Shown here: positions 1-10,248 of the stretch, one piece after another
Layout: each line of letters opens with the position of its first letter
Numbering within the stretch: position 1 is the first letter of the stretch
DNA from: Arcobacteraceae bacterium
GTDB lineage: Bacteria; Campylobacterota; Campylobacteria; Campylobacterales; Arcobacteraceae
DNA length: 60,927 nucleotides
NCBI GenBank assembly: GCA_965224485.1
Contig: CBDCZH010000012.1
Location: forward strand, 1-60,927
Direction: 5' to 3'
The notes under the pieces: model-generated
What the model was told of the DNA's origin: nothing
Database searches by the model: none
The model's input: the letters and a program-made list of their open reading frames with translations, nothing else
Program-made: the position numbers and the translations under genes

Positions 1-24
1 AGATGTTTTTTATTTATATCTATC

Positions 25-765
25 TTAATCTGTAATAATTTGCTCTAAAAACTGTTTTAATCTATCACTTTGTGGATTTTCAAAAAACTCTTTTGGAGTA
101 TTTTCTTCAATAATTTGCCCTCTATCCATAAATATCACACTATCTGCAACTTTTTTTGCAAATCCCATTTCATGAGTAACACAAACCATTGTTTTTTTCT
201 CTTTTGCTAGTTCTATCATTACATCTAATACTTCATTAATCATTTCAGGATCAAGGGCAGATGTTGGTTCATCAAAAAGCATAATTTTAGGATTTTTACA
301 AAGACCTCTTGCAATGGCAACTCTTTGTTGCTGTCCACCACTTAGTTGATTTGGATATTTATTAGCTTGGTCTTCTATGTTTACTCTTTCTAAATATTTC
401 ATTGCAGTTTTTGATAGCCTTCTTTTTTAGAAATACCTTTTACATGAGTTGGAGCTAAGTGTTAAGTTTTGTAAAATCGAAAGATGTGGAAATAAATTAA
501 AATGTTGAAAAACCATAGTAACATTTTTTCTTAATTTTTTGATTTTTTTCAAATCATCTTTAAGTTCAATTCCATCAACCTTTACTGTACCTTCTTGAAA
601 TTGTTCAAGATAATTTATACATCTAATTAAGGTAGATTTACCAGAACCACTTGGTCCACAAATTACAACTATTTCTCCTTCTTTAATATTTAAATTGATA
701 TTTTTTAGTACATGAAAATCATCATACCATTTATTTAACTTCTTCATTTCAATAATATTACTCAT
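25..765 (-). CDS. aapP: Amino-acid ABC transporter ATP-binding subunit, split into two ORFs (427-765, 25-402) by a frameshift
   Basis: Walker [10 protein letters not shown] in 427-765; signature [13 protein letters not shown] and Walker [12 protein letters not shown] in 25-402; last gene of the aap operon. Confidence 0.9.
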
Positions 766-814
766 TTTATATTTCCTTCTTTACTTGCTGTAAATAGACA
801 TGTTATTTGTTTTT

Positions 815-1905
815 TTATCTATTATCAGTATTTAATCTATTTTCTAAAACTTTTGAGTATCTTGATAAACTAAAGAACAAAATATCAAAAATATCATGGT
901 TACAAATACATAGCCTTCTGTTACAAATCCAGTCCAATGAGAATCAGCAGATGTTAAACCAACCATAGTAAGTAGATCAAATAAACCAATTATTAGTACG
1001 AGGGTTGTGTCTTTAAATAAACCAATTGCATTTCCAATTAGATTTGGTATTGAGACTTTAATTGCTTGGGGTAATATAATTAGTATCATTTTTTGCCAAT
1101 AGCTTAAACCTTCAGAATCAGCAGCTTCGTATTGTCCTTTTGGTATTGCTTGTAAACCACCTCTAATTACTTCAGCAATATAAGCAGATTGAAATAATGT
1201 AATAGCAATTAAAACTCTTAATAGTTTATCAAAGGATACGCCTTCAGGGAAGAACATAGGTAAGAGAACTGAACCCATAAATAAAATAGTAATAAGAGGA
1301 ACTCCTCTAATAAATTCAATATAAACAATACTTAAACTTTTTATTATAGGGAGATTTGATTGTCTTCCTAAAGCTAATATAACTCCTATGGGCATAGATA
1401 ATACTATTCCTATTGAAGAGATAATCAAAGTAAGCATTAACCCTCCCCATTTATCAGTAGGCACTTCAACTAAACCAAAACTGCCACCTGTTATTAAAAA
1501 ATATGAGATTATTGGAAATAAACTAAAGACTGCTATTTTTGTTTTAAAATTTTTCCCTGTGTATTTAAATAAAGCAATAAATATAACACCTAATCCAAAT
1601 ACCCAATTAATTCTATATATTTCACTCTGAGGATAAAAACCATAAATAAAGAAGTCTATTTTATGTATGATAAATACCCAACAAGCCCCATTTCCTGTAC
1701 AGGCTGCTTTACTTGTTCCCACAAAATTTGCATCTATTATTGACCAAGTAATAAAAGAAGGAATTGTTATATATACTAAAGCTAATATTAAAAGTAAAAA
1801 AATAATATCAAAAGGTGATGAAAGAAGATTCTTTGATATCCATTTTAACGGTCCTTTCATTGTAAAGGGAGCTTCTTTTGTTTCTTCTATTTTAAATATT
1901 CCCAT
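815..1905 (-). CDS. aapM: Amino-acid ABC transporter permease (3' frameshift; alternative frame ends ..SRYSKVLENRLNTDNR* near 815)
   Basis: RGVPLITILF and EAA loop IRGGLQAIPKGQYEAA; operon context. Confidence 0.9.
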
Positions 1906-3062
1906 TATCTACCTTTTATTTCCATCTTTTTGTTTACGTAATTTAATATAAGAGATATAATTAAACTTATAAGTAAATATACACTCATTGTCATCAAAAT
2001 AATTTCAATTGCCTGTCCTGTTTGGTTTAATGCTGTTCCACTAAATATTGTTACAAGTTCCGGATAACCAATGGCTGTTGCTAAGGATGAGTTTTTTACA
2101 ACATTCAGAAATTGACTAATAATTGGAGGCCATGCAATTCTAATTGCTTGAGGTAAAACTATAAATTTTAAAGCCTGATATTTACTAAGTCCTAAATCAA
2201 TTGATGCTTCTTTTTGACCATGATCAACAGCTTCTATACCACTTCTTACAGCTTCAGCTGTGAATGTTGCAGTATAAATGGATAAGGAAAATGCTAATGC
2301 TAAGAATTCTGGAGTATATGTCATTCCTCCAACATAATTAAATCCTTTTAGTTCTGGTACCTCAAAACTTAAAGGACTTCCAGCTAATAAATAAACAAGT
2401 AAAGGAATAGTTGTTAGTATAAGTATGTCCCAAGGTAGTAAAAAAGTATTTTTTCCTGTTTCTTCAAATTTCTTTTTTACTATCTTGTGTAAATAAATAA
2501 CCATAATAACAGAAGCAAAAAATGAAATAATAACGAAAGAGAAAGCATCTTCCATTATAGGTTTAGGTACGCTAAAACCACGATTGTTTAGTATCATATC
2601 AGCACCAAATTGAATACTTTGACGTGGATTTGGAAGTGATGCTAAAACAACATTGTACCAAAATAATATTTGTAATAATAAAGGTATATTTCTAAAAATT
2701 TCTATATATGTAGAAGCAAATTTAGATACAAGAAAATTCTTTGATAATCTTGCTACTCCAATTATTACACCAATAATTGTTGAAAAAATAATACCTATTA
2801 TTGATACATATAGGGTATTTGAAATACCAACTAAAAATGAATCAAAGAATGTGGAGTTTGAATCAAATGCAATTGGAGATTCTGAAATCTCAAAACCAGC
2901 TCTTTCATTTAAAAATCCAAATCCAGTTTTAATACCCCTTGCTTCAATATTAATAAACAAATTTGTGAAAATAAACCACAAACCTATTACTAAAAGTGTG
3001 ACAATGATAAATTGGAAAAATATAGCTCTAAATGTTTTATTATAGATAATAGACACACTCAA
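1905..3062 (-). CDS. aapQ: Amino-acid ABC transporter permease
   Basis: FRNIPLLLQILFWY, EAVRSGIEAVDHGQKEA, KNSSLA motifs. Confidence 0.9.
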   Translation of the reverse strand: MSVSIIYNKTFRAIFFQFIIVTLLVIGLWFIFTNLFINIEARGIKTGFGFLNERAGFEISESPIAFDSNSTFFDSFLVGISNTLYVSIIGIIFSTIIGVIIGVARLSKNFLVSKFASTYIEIFRNIPLLLQILFWYNVVLASLPNPRQSIQFGADMILNNRGFSVPKPIMEDAFSFVIISFFASVIMVIYLHKIVKKKFEETGKNTFLLPWDILILTTIPLLVYLLAGSPLSFEVPELKGFNYVGGMTYTPEFLALAFSLSIYTATFTAEAVRSGIEAVDHGQKEASIDLGLSKYQALKFIVLPQAIRIAWPPIISQFLNVVKNSSLATAIGYPELVTIFSGTALNQTGQAIEIILMTMSVYLLISLIISLILNYVNKKMEIKGR

Positions 3063-3151
3063 CCTTTTTAATTAACTTGAATAAAGAAAAATATTGAGAA
3101 ATTAAAAAGTCAACTATTAAAGTTGATTTTTAAATTTTTCAAAACATATAA

Positions 3152-3179
3152 AAATTCAAGAGAAAAATCTCTTGAATTT
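3152..3179. terminator. Perfect hairpin downstream of aapJ (mRNA stabiliser or attenuator)
   Basis: AAATTCAAGAGA-aaaa-TCTCTTGAATTT between the binding-protein and permease genes. Confidence 0.6.
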
Positions 3180-3185
3180 AAATTG

Positions 3186-4197
3186 TTATCTAAATGGTGG
3201 AGAATAAAGAATCCCACCATCAGTCCATAAAGCATTTATACCTCTTTTGATTCCAAGTGGTGTATTTAGACCTAAATGTTTCTCAAATGATTCAGAGTAG
3301 TTACCAACTTGAGTAATTATATTATAAGCCCATTTTGCATCTAATCCTAACATTTTTCCTAGGTTACTATTAACACCAAGAAGTCTTTGAATTTCTGGAT
3401 TCTTAGAGTTTTTAGCTAATGAAGCAGCATTTTTAGAAGTAACACCTAGTTCTTCTGCTGTAATCATTGCATTTAATGACCACTTAACGATATTAAACCA
3501 ATGATCATCACCTTGTCTTACAACTGGACCTAATGGTTCTTTTGAAATAATATTTGGTAAAACTTTAAATTTACTTTTATCTAAAACTGTTAATTTTGAA
3601 TAAAGACCTTGTTGATCTGTTGTAATAACATCACAACGACCAGCTTTAAAACCAGCAATAACTTGTGCATCTGTATCATATAATACAGATTTATATTTCA
3701 TATTATGTTCTTTAAAATAATCAGATATATTAAGCTCTGTTGTATTTCCAGTTTGCATACAAAAAGTTGCACCATCTAATTCATTAACATCATTTACCCC
3801 AAGTGATTTTGCTACTAAAAATCCTTGACCATCATAATAATTAACTCCAGCAAAGTTAAGACCAAGAGATGTATCTCTTGTATATGTCCAAGTTGTTGAT
3901 CTTGCTAACATATCAATTTCACCACTTTGAAGTGCAATAAATCTTTCTTTAGATGTTAAAGGATGATTACTTAATTTATTTGCATCACCTAAAACTGCTG
4001 CTGCTTACTGCTCTACACATATCTATATCAAAGCCTTTCCAAACTTTATCATCACCCATTTCTGCAAAACCAGCAAAACCTGTTGACATACCACAGTGAA
4101 CAACACCTTCTTTTTTTACTTTTTCAAAAGTACCTGCATTTGCACTAATTCCAATTAAAGCTACTGTAGCCAATGCAATTTTAAATATTTTTTTCAT
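3186..4197 (-). CDS. aapJ: Amino-acid ABC transporter substrate-binding protein, frameshifted (3985-4197 + 3186-3911)
   Basis: Signal peptide, GFDIDMCRAV, TTWTYTRD, ISKEPLGPVVRQGD, C-terminal YSPPFR. Confidence 0.9.
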
Positions 4198-4381
4198 TAA
4201 TTCTCCTGTAAGATTTTCTAAATTATGTTTGTTAAAGACCGTAATATCTAATTATTAGCTATTCTTAAAGTCTTTTTCAAGTAAAGAGTACTCAATACTA
4301 ATTACAAAATGATTACAAAGCTAAGGTAAAATATTTAGTTGATAATTTACTTCTTGATTAAGAAAGTAGTAACTTTGATAT

Positions 4382-4451
4382 AAGAAAATTGACAAAGAAA
4401 ATTGACAAAGAAAAAAGAAAAAAGAAAAAAGAAAAAAGAAAAAAGTATAAT
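4382..4451 (+). repeat. 13-bp duplication containing TTGACA, then 5 heptamer units (AAAAAAG), then TATAAT; candidate promoter for the kinase gene
   Basis: TTGACA at 4389 and 4402; G residues every 7 bp from 4410 to 4445; TATAAT at 4446. Confidence 0.75.
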
Positions 4452-4595
4452 TTAAAATAAAATTATTTCTTCTTTTTTTATATTTAATATTTTATAATTA
4501 TTTAAAAATCAGAAAATTAAGATGTAAACAATAACTTTTATTCAAATAATAATTTAATTAAGTATAATTAGTCTACTAAAGGTAGGTTTTCACTT

Positions 4596-6443
4596 ATGTT
4601 AAATATAAAAATAATAATATTCTTTCTTATTAGCTTACAGCTTTATTCTTCACCAATTTTTATTAATAATAAAACAAATAATCTTAATTTACTCTCTTCT
4701 TCTTCTATCTATATAGATAAAACAATGAACTTAGATATAAATGAGATAATAAAAAAAGAATTTAAAGAAAATAAAAAAAGTATTTTAAGTTTTGGTTATG
4801 ACCCTAAGATTAATGTATGGATTAGATTTACACTAAAAAATAAAACTAAAAAAGATATTGTTAAAATTATTGAATATGCAAATGCTCTTACAACTGATAT
4901 AGAGTTTTTTAGTGCAAGTACTTTATATAAAAAACAAAAAGAAGGACTTTTTTATACAAATAAAAATAGAAAATCTTTTAATCCTACTTTTAAAATAAAT
5001 ATAAAAGCAAATAGCTCACAAACATATTATATAAAAGCTACATCATCTATTACAACACTAATTATTAAACTTAGACTTTGGACTTATACAGAGTTTTATG
5101 AAAAAGAGATCAAACATCAGCTAATTTTAGGATTATTCTTTGGTTCAATGCTTATTTTGGGACTATACAATTTATTTATTTATTTTTTTACAAAAGATAG
5201 AAGTTATTTATTTTATGTGATGTATATTTTTGGGATTATTGCTCATCAGTTGGTATATGTTGGTTTTGCAAATATATATTTATTAAACCAAGAAATAATT
5301 ACCTTTATTGTCAAAAATGCTTCTTTTTTAGTTGCTTTTCCTATATTTTCAATAGCCTTATTTACCAAAAGTTTTTTACAATTGAGAAAAAGCTCAAAAC
5401 TAAATAAAATTCTAAATATCTTTTTAGTATTAATTCCTATCTCTATCTTATTTTTTACTTTTACAAGTGAGTTTAGTAAATATAGAAATCTATTATCAAT
5501 TATTTTTCTTTCATATATTATTTTATTAACAATATATCAAGCAATAAAGAAAAATAGACAGGCTTATTTTATACTCTTTGGTTGGGTAGTTATCTTTTTA
5601 TCTGTTCTTCTTATGTTTTTATCAAGTATAGGTGTTTTTAATATAAATGAATCTTTTTCTTATATTATTGAAATAGCCTTTGTTTCTGAAGCAATTATTT
5701 TCTCAATTGCCCTAGCTGATAGAATAAATTCTTTGCAAGCAGAAAAAAATGAAATAAATGAAAAATTAATAAAACAGCAGAAAAATGAAACAACATGGTT
5801 ATCTAAAAAAGTAGAAGAAAAAACAGAAAACTTACAAAATGCACTAGATGAAAAGAGTCTACTTTTAAAAGAGTTAAATCACAGAGTTAAGAATAATATG
5901 CAAACAATTGTATCTTTAATTAGACTGCAAAATGATGAAATAAATGATGAAAAGTTACATGATATATTACTTAGTATTCAAAACAGAATCAATGCAATGA
6001 GTCATTTGCACGAGTTATTATATTCACAAGAAGATATTTCTTATGTTAATGCTTATGAGTATTTTGAAACTCTAATTGATGAAGTAAAATCTTCTTATGA
6101 TGATAATAATATAAAACTTCATCTTAATATTGCAAGTAAATTACAAATCGAGCAAGCAACATATTGTGGACTTATTTTAAATGAACTTCTTACAAACTCA
6201 TTTAAATATGCGTTTCCAAATAAAACTGGGTCTATTTATATTACACTTTTAAAAAAAGACAAAGAACTAACTCTTATAGTAAAAGATGAAGGAATAGGTT
6301 ATGACAAAGATATTTTGACCAATTCCTTAGGTTTAGTATTAGTAAATATTCTTGCAATTGAGCAATTAGATGGTGAACTTACAATAGATACAAAAAAAGG
6401 AGTAAGAACATCAATAAAATGGAAAGAAAATGAAAAAACCTAA
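4596..6443 (+). CDS. 7TM-DISM-type sensor histidine kinase (HisKA_2/HWE-like)
   Basis: Extracytoplasmic N-terminal domain, about 7 hydrophobic helices, H-box LKELNHRVKNNMQ, N-box NELLTNSFKYAF, DEGIG and SLGL. Confidence 0.9.
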   Translation: MLNIKIIIFFLISLQLYSSPIFINNKTNNLNLLSSSSIYIDKTMNLDINEIIKKEFKENKKSILSFGYDPKINVWIRFTLKNKTKKDIVKIIEYANALTTDIEFFSASTLYKKQKEGLFYTNKNRKSFNPTFKINIKANSSQTYYIKATSSITTLIIKLRLWTYTEFYEKEIKHQLILGLFFGSMLILGLYNLFIYFFTKDRSYLFYVMYIFGIIAHQLVYVGFANIYLLNQEIITFIVKNASFLVAFPIFSIALFTKSFLQLRKSSKLNKILNIFLVLIPISILFFTFTSEFSKYRNLLSIIFLSYIILLTIYQAIKKNRQAYFILFGWVVIFLSVLLMFLSSIGVFNINESFSYIIEIAFVSEAIIFSIALADRINSLQAEKNEINEKLIKQQKNETTWLSKKVEEKTENLQNALDEKSLLLKELNHRVKNNMQTIVSLIRLQNDEINDEKLHDILLSIQNRINAMSHLHELLYSQEDISYVNAYEYFETLIDEVKSSYDDNNIKLHLNIASKLQIEQATYCGLILNELLTNSFKYAFPNKTGSIYITLLKKDKELTLIVKDEGIGYDKDILTNSLGLVLVNILAIEQLDGELTIDTKKGVRTSIKWKENEKT

Positions 6444-7119
6444 GGTTTTAATAGTTGAAGATGAAACAATTGTAGCGCTTGATATAAAAAGTGTCTTAAT
6501 TAATTTAGACTTTGAAGTTACAGATCTTGTCAAAAACTATGATAAGGCAATATCTTCTGTTTTAAATAATAAACCAGATATTATTCTTATGGATATAAAC
6601 CTAAAAAACAGTAAAGATGGTATTGATACTGTAATAGCTATTCAAAAAAAACAAAATATTCCTGTTATATAACTAACTGCGTATTCAGACGAAAAAACAA
6701 TAAATAGAGCAATAAAAACGAATCCTATTAGTTATCTTTTAAAACCTTTTAAAAGAGATGAATTAAAATCAACTATTCTTCTTGGTATATATAAAATAAA
6801 TAAATCAAACCATATTAATATAAAAAATAACTGCACATATTTAGGATATAACTATTATTTTGATTTAGAAAATGGAATTCTTTTTTATAATAATATCCCC
6901 ATAAAAATAAGTATAAATGAGAAAAAACTTCTTATGATTTTAGTAGAAGCAAGAGGTTCTATTGTTTCTTTGCGGGAAATGGAATATTATATTTGGCCTG
7001 ATGCTCCTGTTTCTAATAGTACAATACGAACTCTTCTGTACAGACTTAGAGCTAAAATTGAGTATAAATTAATTGAAACAATACCTTCTATTGGATGTAA
7101 ACTAACTCCTAATTTTTAA
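6430..7119 (+). pseudogene. Response regulator (REC + winged helix) interrupted by an in-frame TAA at 6670-6672
   Basis: Reads PVI*LTAYSD versus PVIYITAFSD in the paralogue at 8025; the frame continues into ORF 6934-7119 (STIRTLLYRLRAK). Confidence 0.85.
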
Positions 7120-7141
7120 AATACTTTCAAATTCTTAATTC

Positions 7142-7160
7142 TTGTGACTAAAACTGTGAC
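7142..7160 (+). promoter_or_regulatory. Direct-repeat box upstream of the FeeM-like gene
   Basis: TTGTGAC-n5-CTGTGAC with 12-bp period; same motif at 7955, 8741, 11761, 20716. Confidence 0.65.
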
Positions 7161-7197
7161 GCCATTTCTATAAAGTTTGTCCTAAAAAAGGGCAAAC

Positions 7198-7950
7198 ATG
7201 ATTAATATTAATAAAAATGTATCGTTAAATCACTTAAAAGAGTTAGTAAATAATACTTTTGATAAAAAAGTAGATTATTTACCTACTAGTTTTTATAAAG
7301 AACAGCAAAGAGCATTAGAGTTTTTTAATAAAAGAATTTTTTTAGATGGTGTAATTGAAGAAACTATAGCTTTTAATAAAAGTTTAATTTTTCCAAGTGA
7401 AAATTTAGAACTTACAAGAACAGCAGAAGACTTAATAGAGGTATTTAAACTAAGAAGTAATGTTTATACAAATATTAACTACCAAAAAGAGTTTCCTGAT
7501 ACGATAGAAGGATTGAATTTTGATAAGTTTGATAAAAACTCAGCAATAATATACAACAAAACAAATAATGTGTTTACAGGAACAGTTAGAGTCATTTTTG
7601 ATTCAAAAAACAAACTGCCAAGTGAAAATAAGTATTCTTTTGATTATATGCGAAAAGATTTTCATAGAATTGGTGAAATATCTAGATTAATTATTCAAAA
7701 ACAAGAAAATACTCTAAGTTTAGATTTTAAAAACTTAATAAAAGGTATTCATACAGTTTTTACAAATAATAAAATTGATATAACTATTTCAGGAATTAAA
7801 GAAGAACATTATAAGTTATATTCAAAATTTGGAGGGATCAAAAGAGAAAAAGAACTAGGTTCTTATGGCAAATTAAATACTCCTTTTTTAATAATATCCT
7901 GGGATTGCTCTCAAGCTTCAAAGTTTTTTAAGAAAGCATTTTTAAAATAA
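7198..7950 (+). CDS. FeeM-like N-acyl amino acid synthase (GNAT / AHL-synthase-like fold)
   Basis: FKLRSNVY...FDKFD, GTVRVIFD, GEISRL, HYKLYSKFG pattern recognised from FeeM/LuxI-like acyltransferases. Confidence 0.7.
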   Translation: MININKNVSLNHLKELVNNTFDKKVDYLPTSFYKEQQRALEFFNKRIFLDGVIEETIAFNKSLIFPSENLELTRTAEDLIEVFKLRSNVYTNINYQKEFPDTIEGLNFDKFDKNSAIIYNKTNNVFTGTVRVIFDSKNKLPSENKYSFDYMRKDFHRIGEISRLIIQKQENTLSLDFKNLIKGIHTVFTNNKIDITISGIKEEHYKLYSKFGGIKREKELGSYGKLNTPFLIISWDCSQASKFFKKAFLK

Positions 7951-7954
7951 TGAA

Positions 7955-7975
7955 AACTGTGACAGAAACTGTAAC
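7955..7975 (+). promoter_or_regulatory. Direct-repeat box upstream of the second response regulator
   Basis: AACTGTGAC-aga-AACTGTAAC. Confidence 0.65.
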
Positions 7976-8024
7976 AAGAAAATGTTATTATAAAAAAACT
8001 AGAAAATTAATAAAAAGAATAAAA

Positions 8025-8726
8025 ATGCCTAAAACAAAAGTGTTAATTGTAGAAGATGAAATAATTATTGCCCTTGAAATGAAACAATGCCTAGAAAAAC
8101 TAGATTTTGAAATTACGAATACTGCTAAGAATTATAATAGTGCGATTAAGAGTTGTCAGATGAATAAACCAGATATTATTCTTATGGATATAAATTTAAA
8201 AAATAGTAAAGATGGTATTGAGACTGTAAAAAAAATACATTTAACGAATAATATACCTGTAATTTATATAACAGCTTTTAGTGATGAGTACACTATAAAA
8301 AGAGCCATAGAAACAAAACCTGTTAGTTATTTAATAAAACCTTTTAAAAGAGAAGAATTAAAATCAAATATTCTTCTTGGTTTATATAAACAAAAAGAAG
8401 CTGGCAATTCTTACTTGAGTACAAATAACTTAAATTTAGGACTTGATTATTATTATAATGAAGAGAAAAATAGATTATATTATAAAGATGTATTAATTAA
8501 ATTAAGTGCAAAAGAGTCTTGTTTATTAAAAGTACTTATAGATGCTAAGGGTAAAACTGTCTCTTTTGAAGAGTTAGAATCTTTTATATGGGTAAATAAT
8601 CATGTATCAAAGAGTACATTAAGAACATTAATCTATAGATTAAGAAGTAAATTAGAATATAAATTAATTGAAACAATGCCTATGGGCGCTTGTAGAATAA
8701 ATAATAAATATCAATTAAATAAATAA
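8025..8726 (+). CDS. Response regulator (REC + OmpR-type winged helix); likely start MPKTKVLIVEDE at 8025
   Basis: VLIVEDE, DIILMDINL, YLIKPF, STLRTLIYRLRSKL; paralogue of 6430-7119. Confidence 0.9.
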   Translation: MPKTKVLIVEDEIIIALEMKQCLEKLDFEITNTAKNYNSAIKSCQMNKPDIILMDINLKNSKDGIETVKKIHLTNNIPVIYITAFSDEYTIKRAIETKPVSYLIKPFKREELKSNILLGLYKQKEAGNSYLSTNNLNLGLDYYYNEEKNRLYYKDVLIKLSAKESCLLKVLIDAKGKTVSFEELESFIWVNNHVSKSTLRTLIYRLRSKLEYKLIETMPMGACRINNKYQLNK

Positions 8727-8740
8727 GGCTGTTTAGGCAA

Positions 8741-8763
8741 AACTGTGACACGAACTGTGACAC
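8741..8763 (+). promoter_or_regulatory. Perfect AACTGTGACAC x2 box upstream of the TIR gene
   Basis: AACTGTGACAC-g-AACTGTGACAC followed by AAATTAGATATTAT. Confidence 0.75.
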
Positions 8764-8805
8764 AAATTAGATATTATTAAATATATTTTAATAAAAAGAA
8801 CTACA

Positions 8806-9411
8806 ATGCCTAAACAAAAAGTATTTATGAGCTATGAGCACAATAATAAAATAGCTAATAATGAAAAAAGTGATACAGAATATAGAAATGAATTTGAAGA
8901 AATTTGTTATCTTCATTTTGATATTATTATTTCAAAACCTATAGAAGATGAAAAAATCTATACTTCTTTAACTTGCGAAAAAATACAAGCTATTCTTAGA
9001 AATCAATACTTACGTGACTCAAGTGTTACTGTTGTTTTAATTGGAAATGAAACATGGCAAAGTAAACATATTGATTGGGAAATTGCAGCAAGCCTTAACT
9101 CTTCAAATTTTAACTTAAAATCAGGTGTCATAGGTATTGTTTTACCTTCTTGTTTATATAAAGAAGAAAAAAGATCCACAAATGTTGGAAAAATAGAAAT
9201 AGAAGACTCAAATGATGTAATTGATATAAGAAATATTCCAGAACGCTTGGCTATGAATATAAATAACGATTATGTAAAAATATATAATTGGACAAATTCA
9301 TCTCGTGATATTCAATCTTGGATACATGATGCATATACAAGAAGTAATAGAATCACCCCAGATAATTCATTAGAACTGTATTCAGAGAATAAACCTTATA
9401 GTATATGGTAA
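8806..9411 (+). CDS. TIR-domain protein (Thoeris ThsB / DUF1863-like)
   Basis: KVFMSY start, DSSVTVVLIGNETWQSKHIDWEIAASL including the putative catalytic Glu, GVIGIVLP, IPERL. Confidence 0.8.
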   Translation: MPKQKVFMSYEHNNKIANNEKSDTEYRNEFEEICYLHFDIIISKPIEDEKIYTSLTCEKIQAILRNQYLRDSSVTVVLIGNETWQSKHIDWEIAASLNSSNFNLKSGVIGIVLPSCLYKEEKRSTNVGKIEIEDSNDVIDIRNIPERLAMNINNDYVKIYNWTNSSRDIQSWIHDAYTRSNRITPDNSLELYSENKPYSIW

Positions 9412-9430
9412 AAGAGTGATGAAAGAGAGT

Positions 9431-9589
9431 TTTTAGGTTAGTATGGTTTTTAAGTTGAATTGGTGTTGTAAGTTTGTATGTTGATAAGTTGTATGTTAGT
9501 TTAGAGTTACATTTGTAAGTTAGTATAGTTTCTAAGTTTTTAGGTTAGTATGGTTTGTAAGTTGAATTGTTGTTGTAATTTTGTATGTT
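9431..9589 (+). repeat. G/T-skewed imperfect direct repeat (two copies of about 50 bp)
   Basis: TTTTAGGTTAGTATGGTTT.TAAGTTGAATTG.TGTTGTAA.TTTGTATGTT near 9431 and 9537. Confidence 0.75.
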
Positions 9590-9599
9590 AGTTTTAATT

Positions 9600-10213
9600 T
9601 ACATCTGCAAGAGCAAATACTAGTTATTCAAAACTATTTAAATATAAAAGTAAACAAAATCCCCTTATTTTACTATTTAAGAACTCATACAAAGGTGAAC
9701 CTTCGCGCTTTTTCCCTTACAGGATTATTCACTTTGTTCAGGCACATTTCTTAATCGTAAGAAACAAAACATGCACGAGATACGAGTAAATTCCTCGATA
9801 AAAGAAGCGACTGCCGGTTGATGAAGGCTTTCAGCTTCCCTCCCTAACATTTTTACTTTCCTGCCCTGAAAAACTCACTAAAATGTGCTCCCAGTACATT
9901 TTTTTACGTTCACACAGTTTAGGGCGGTTTCCTATGCCGGAGGTACGACTAAATTCTGCTTGCAGACAAAAGAAAAAATACCGTTCGGCTTCCTCAAAGG
10001 CAGGAGAAGAGCAAGTAATCAAAATGCCCAATATGAAAATGTATTATTAAATATGTATCAAAACTATATCTACGAAGTAGACAAATAATCTTTCCTTTAA
10101 ATCTACATCTGCAAGAGCTAAATATTTTTTATTGATTTACGTAACCCAAAAATTTCTGTTTGAACGTGAAGAAAGATGCCTCCAGGCATGTTTTAGTGAG
10201 TTGCCACCTTAAA
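9600..10213. repeat. Modular palindromic intergenic element (REP/REPIN/MITE-like), copy A left part; continues at 11479-11745 beyond the IS110
   Basis: Blocks shared with 13750, 20507, 29470, 33800 and 35215, e.g. CTAAATTCTGCTTGCAGA..TACCGTTCGGCTTCCTCAAAGGCAGG; inverted arms AACTCACTAAAATGTGC..ACAG / CTGTTTGAACG..TTTTAGTGAGTT. Confidence 0.8.
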
Positions 10214-10248
10214 ATATAATAAAGTATTTACTGTTTTAAAAAGAAATT

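Noticed and set aside
1388..3045. Plus-strand ORFs inside aapM/aapQ, and similar shadow ORFs (10856, 18143-19885, 21577, 23998, 41151, 49032, 51167, 56530)
   Set aside because: Antisense or off-frame to well-supported genes
7950..8024. N-terminal extension MKTVTETVT.. of the response regulator
   Set aside because: It translates the regulatory box; the paralogue supports a start at 8025
8806..9411. Complete Thoeris system
   Set aside because: No ThsA-type effector visible
9831..10088. ORFs 9831-10031 and 9885-10088 (also 11497-11685, 35727-35909)
   Set aside because: Lie in the non-coding repeat family or antisense to a real gene; frames not preserved between copies
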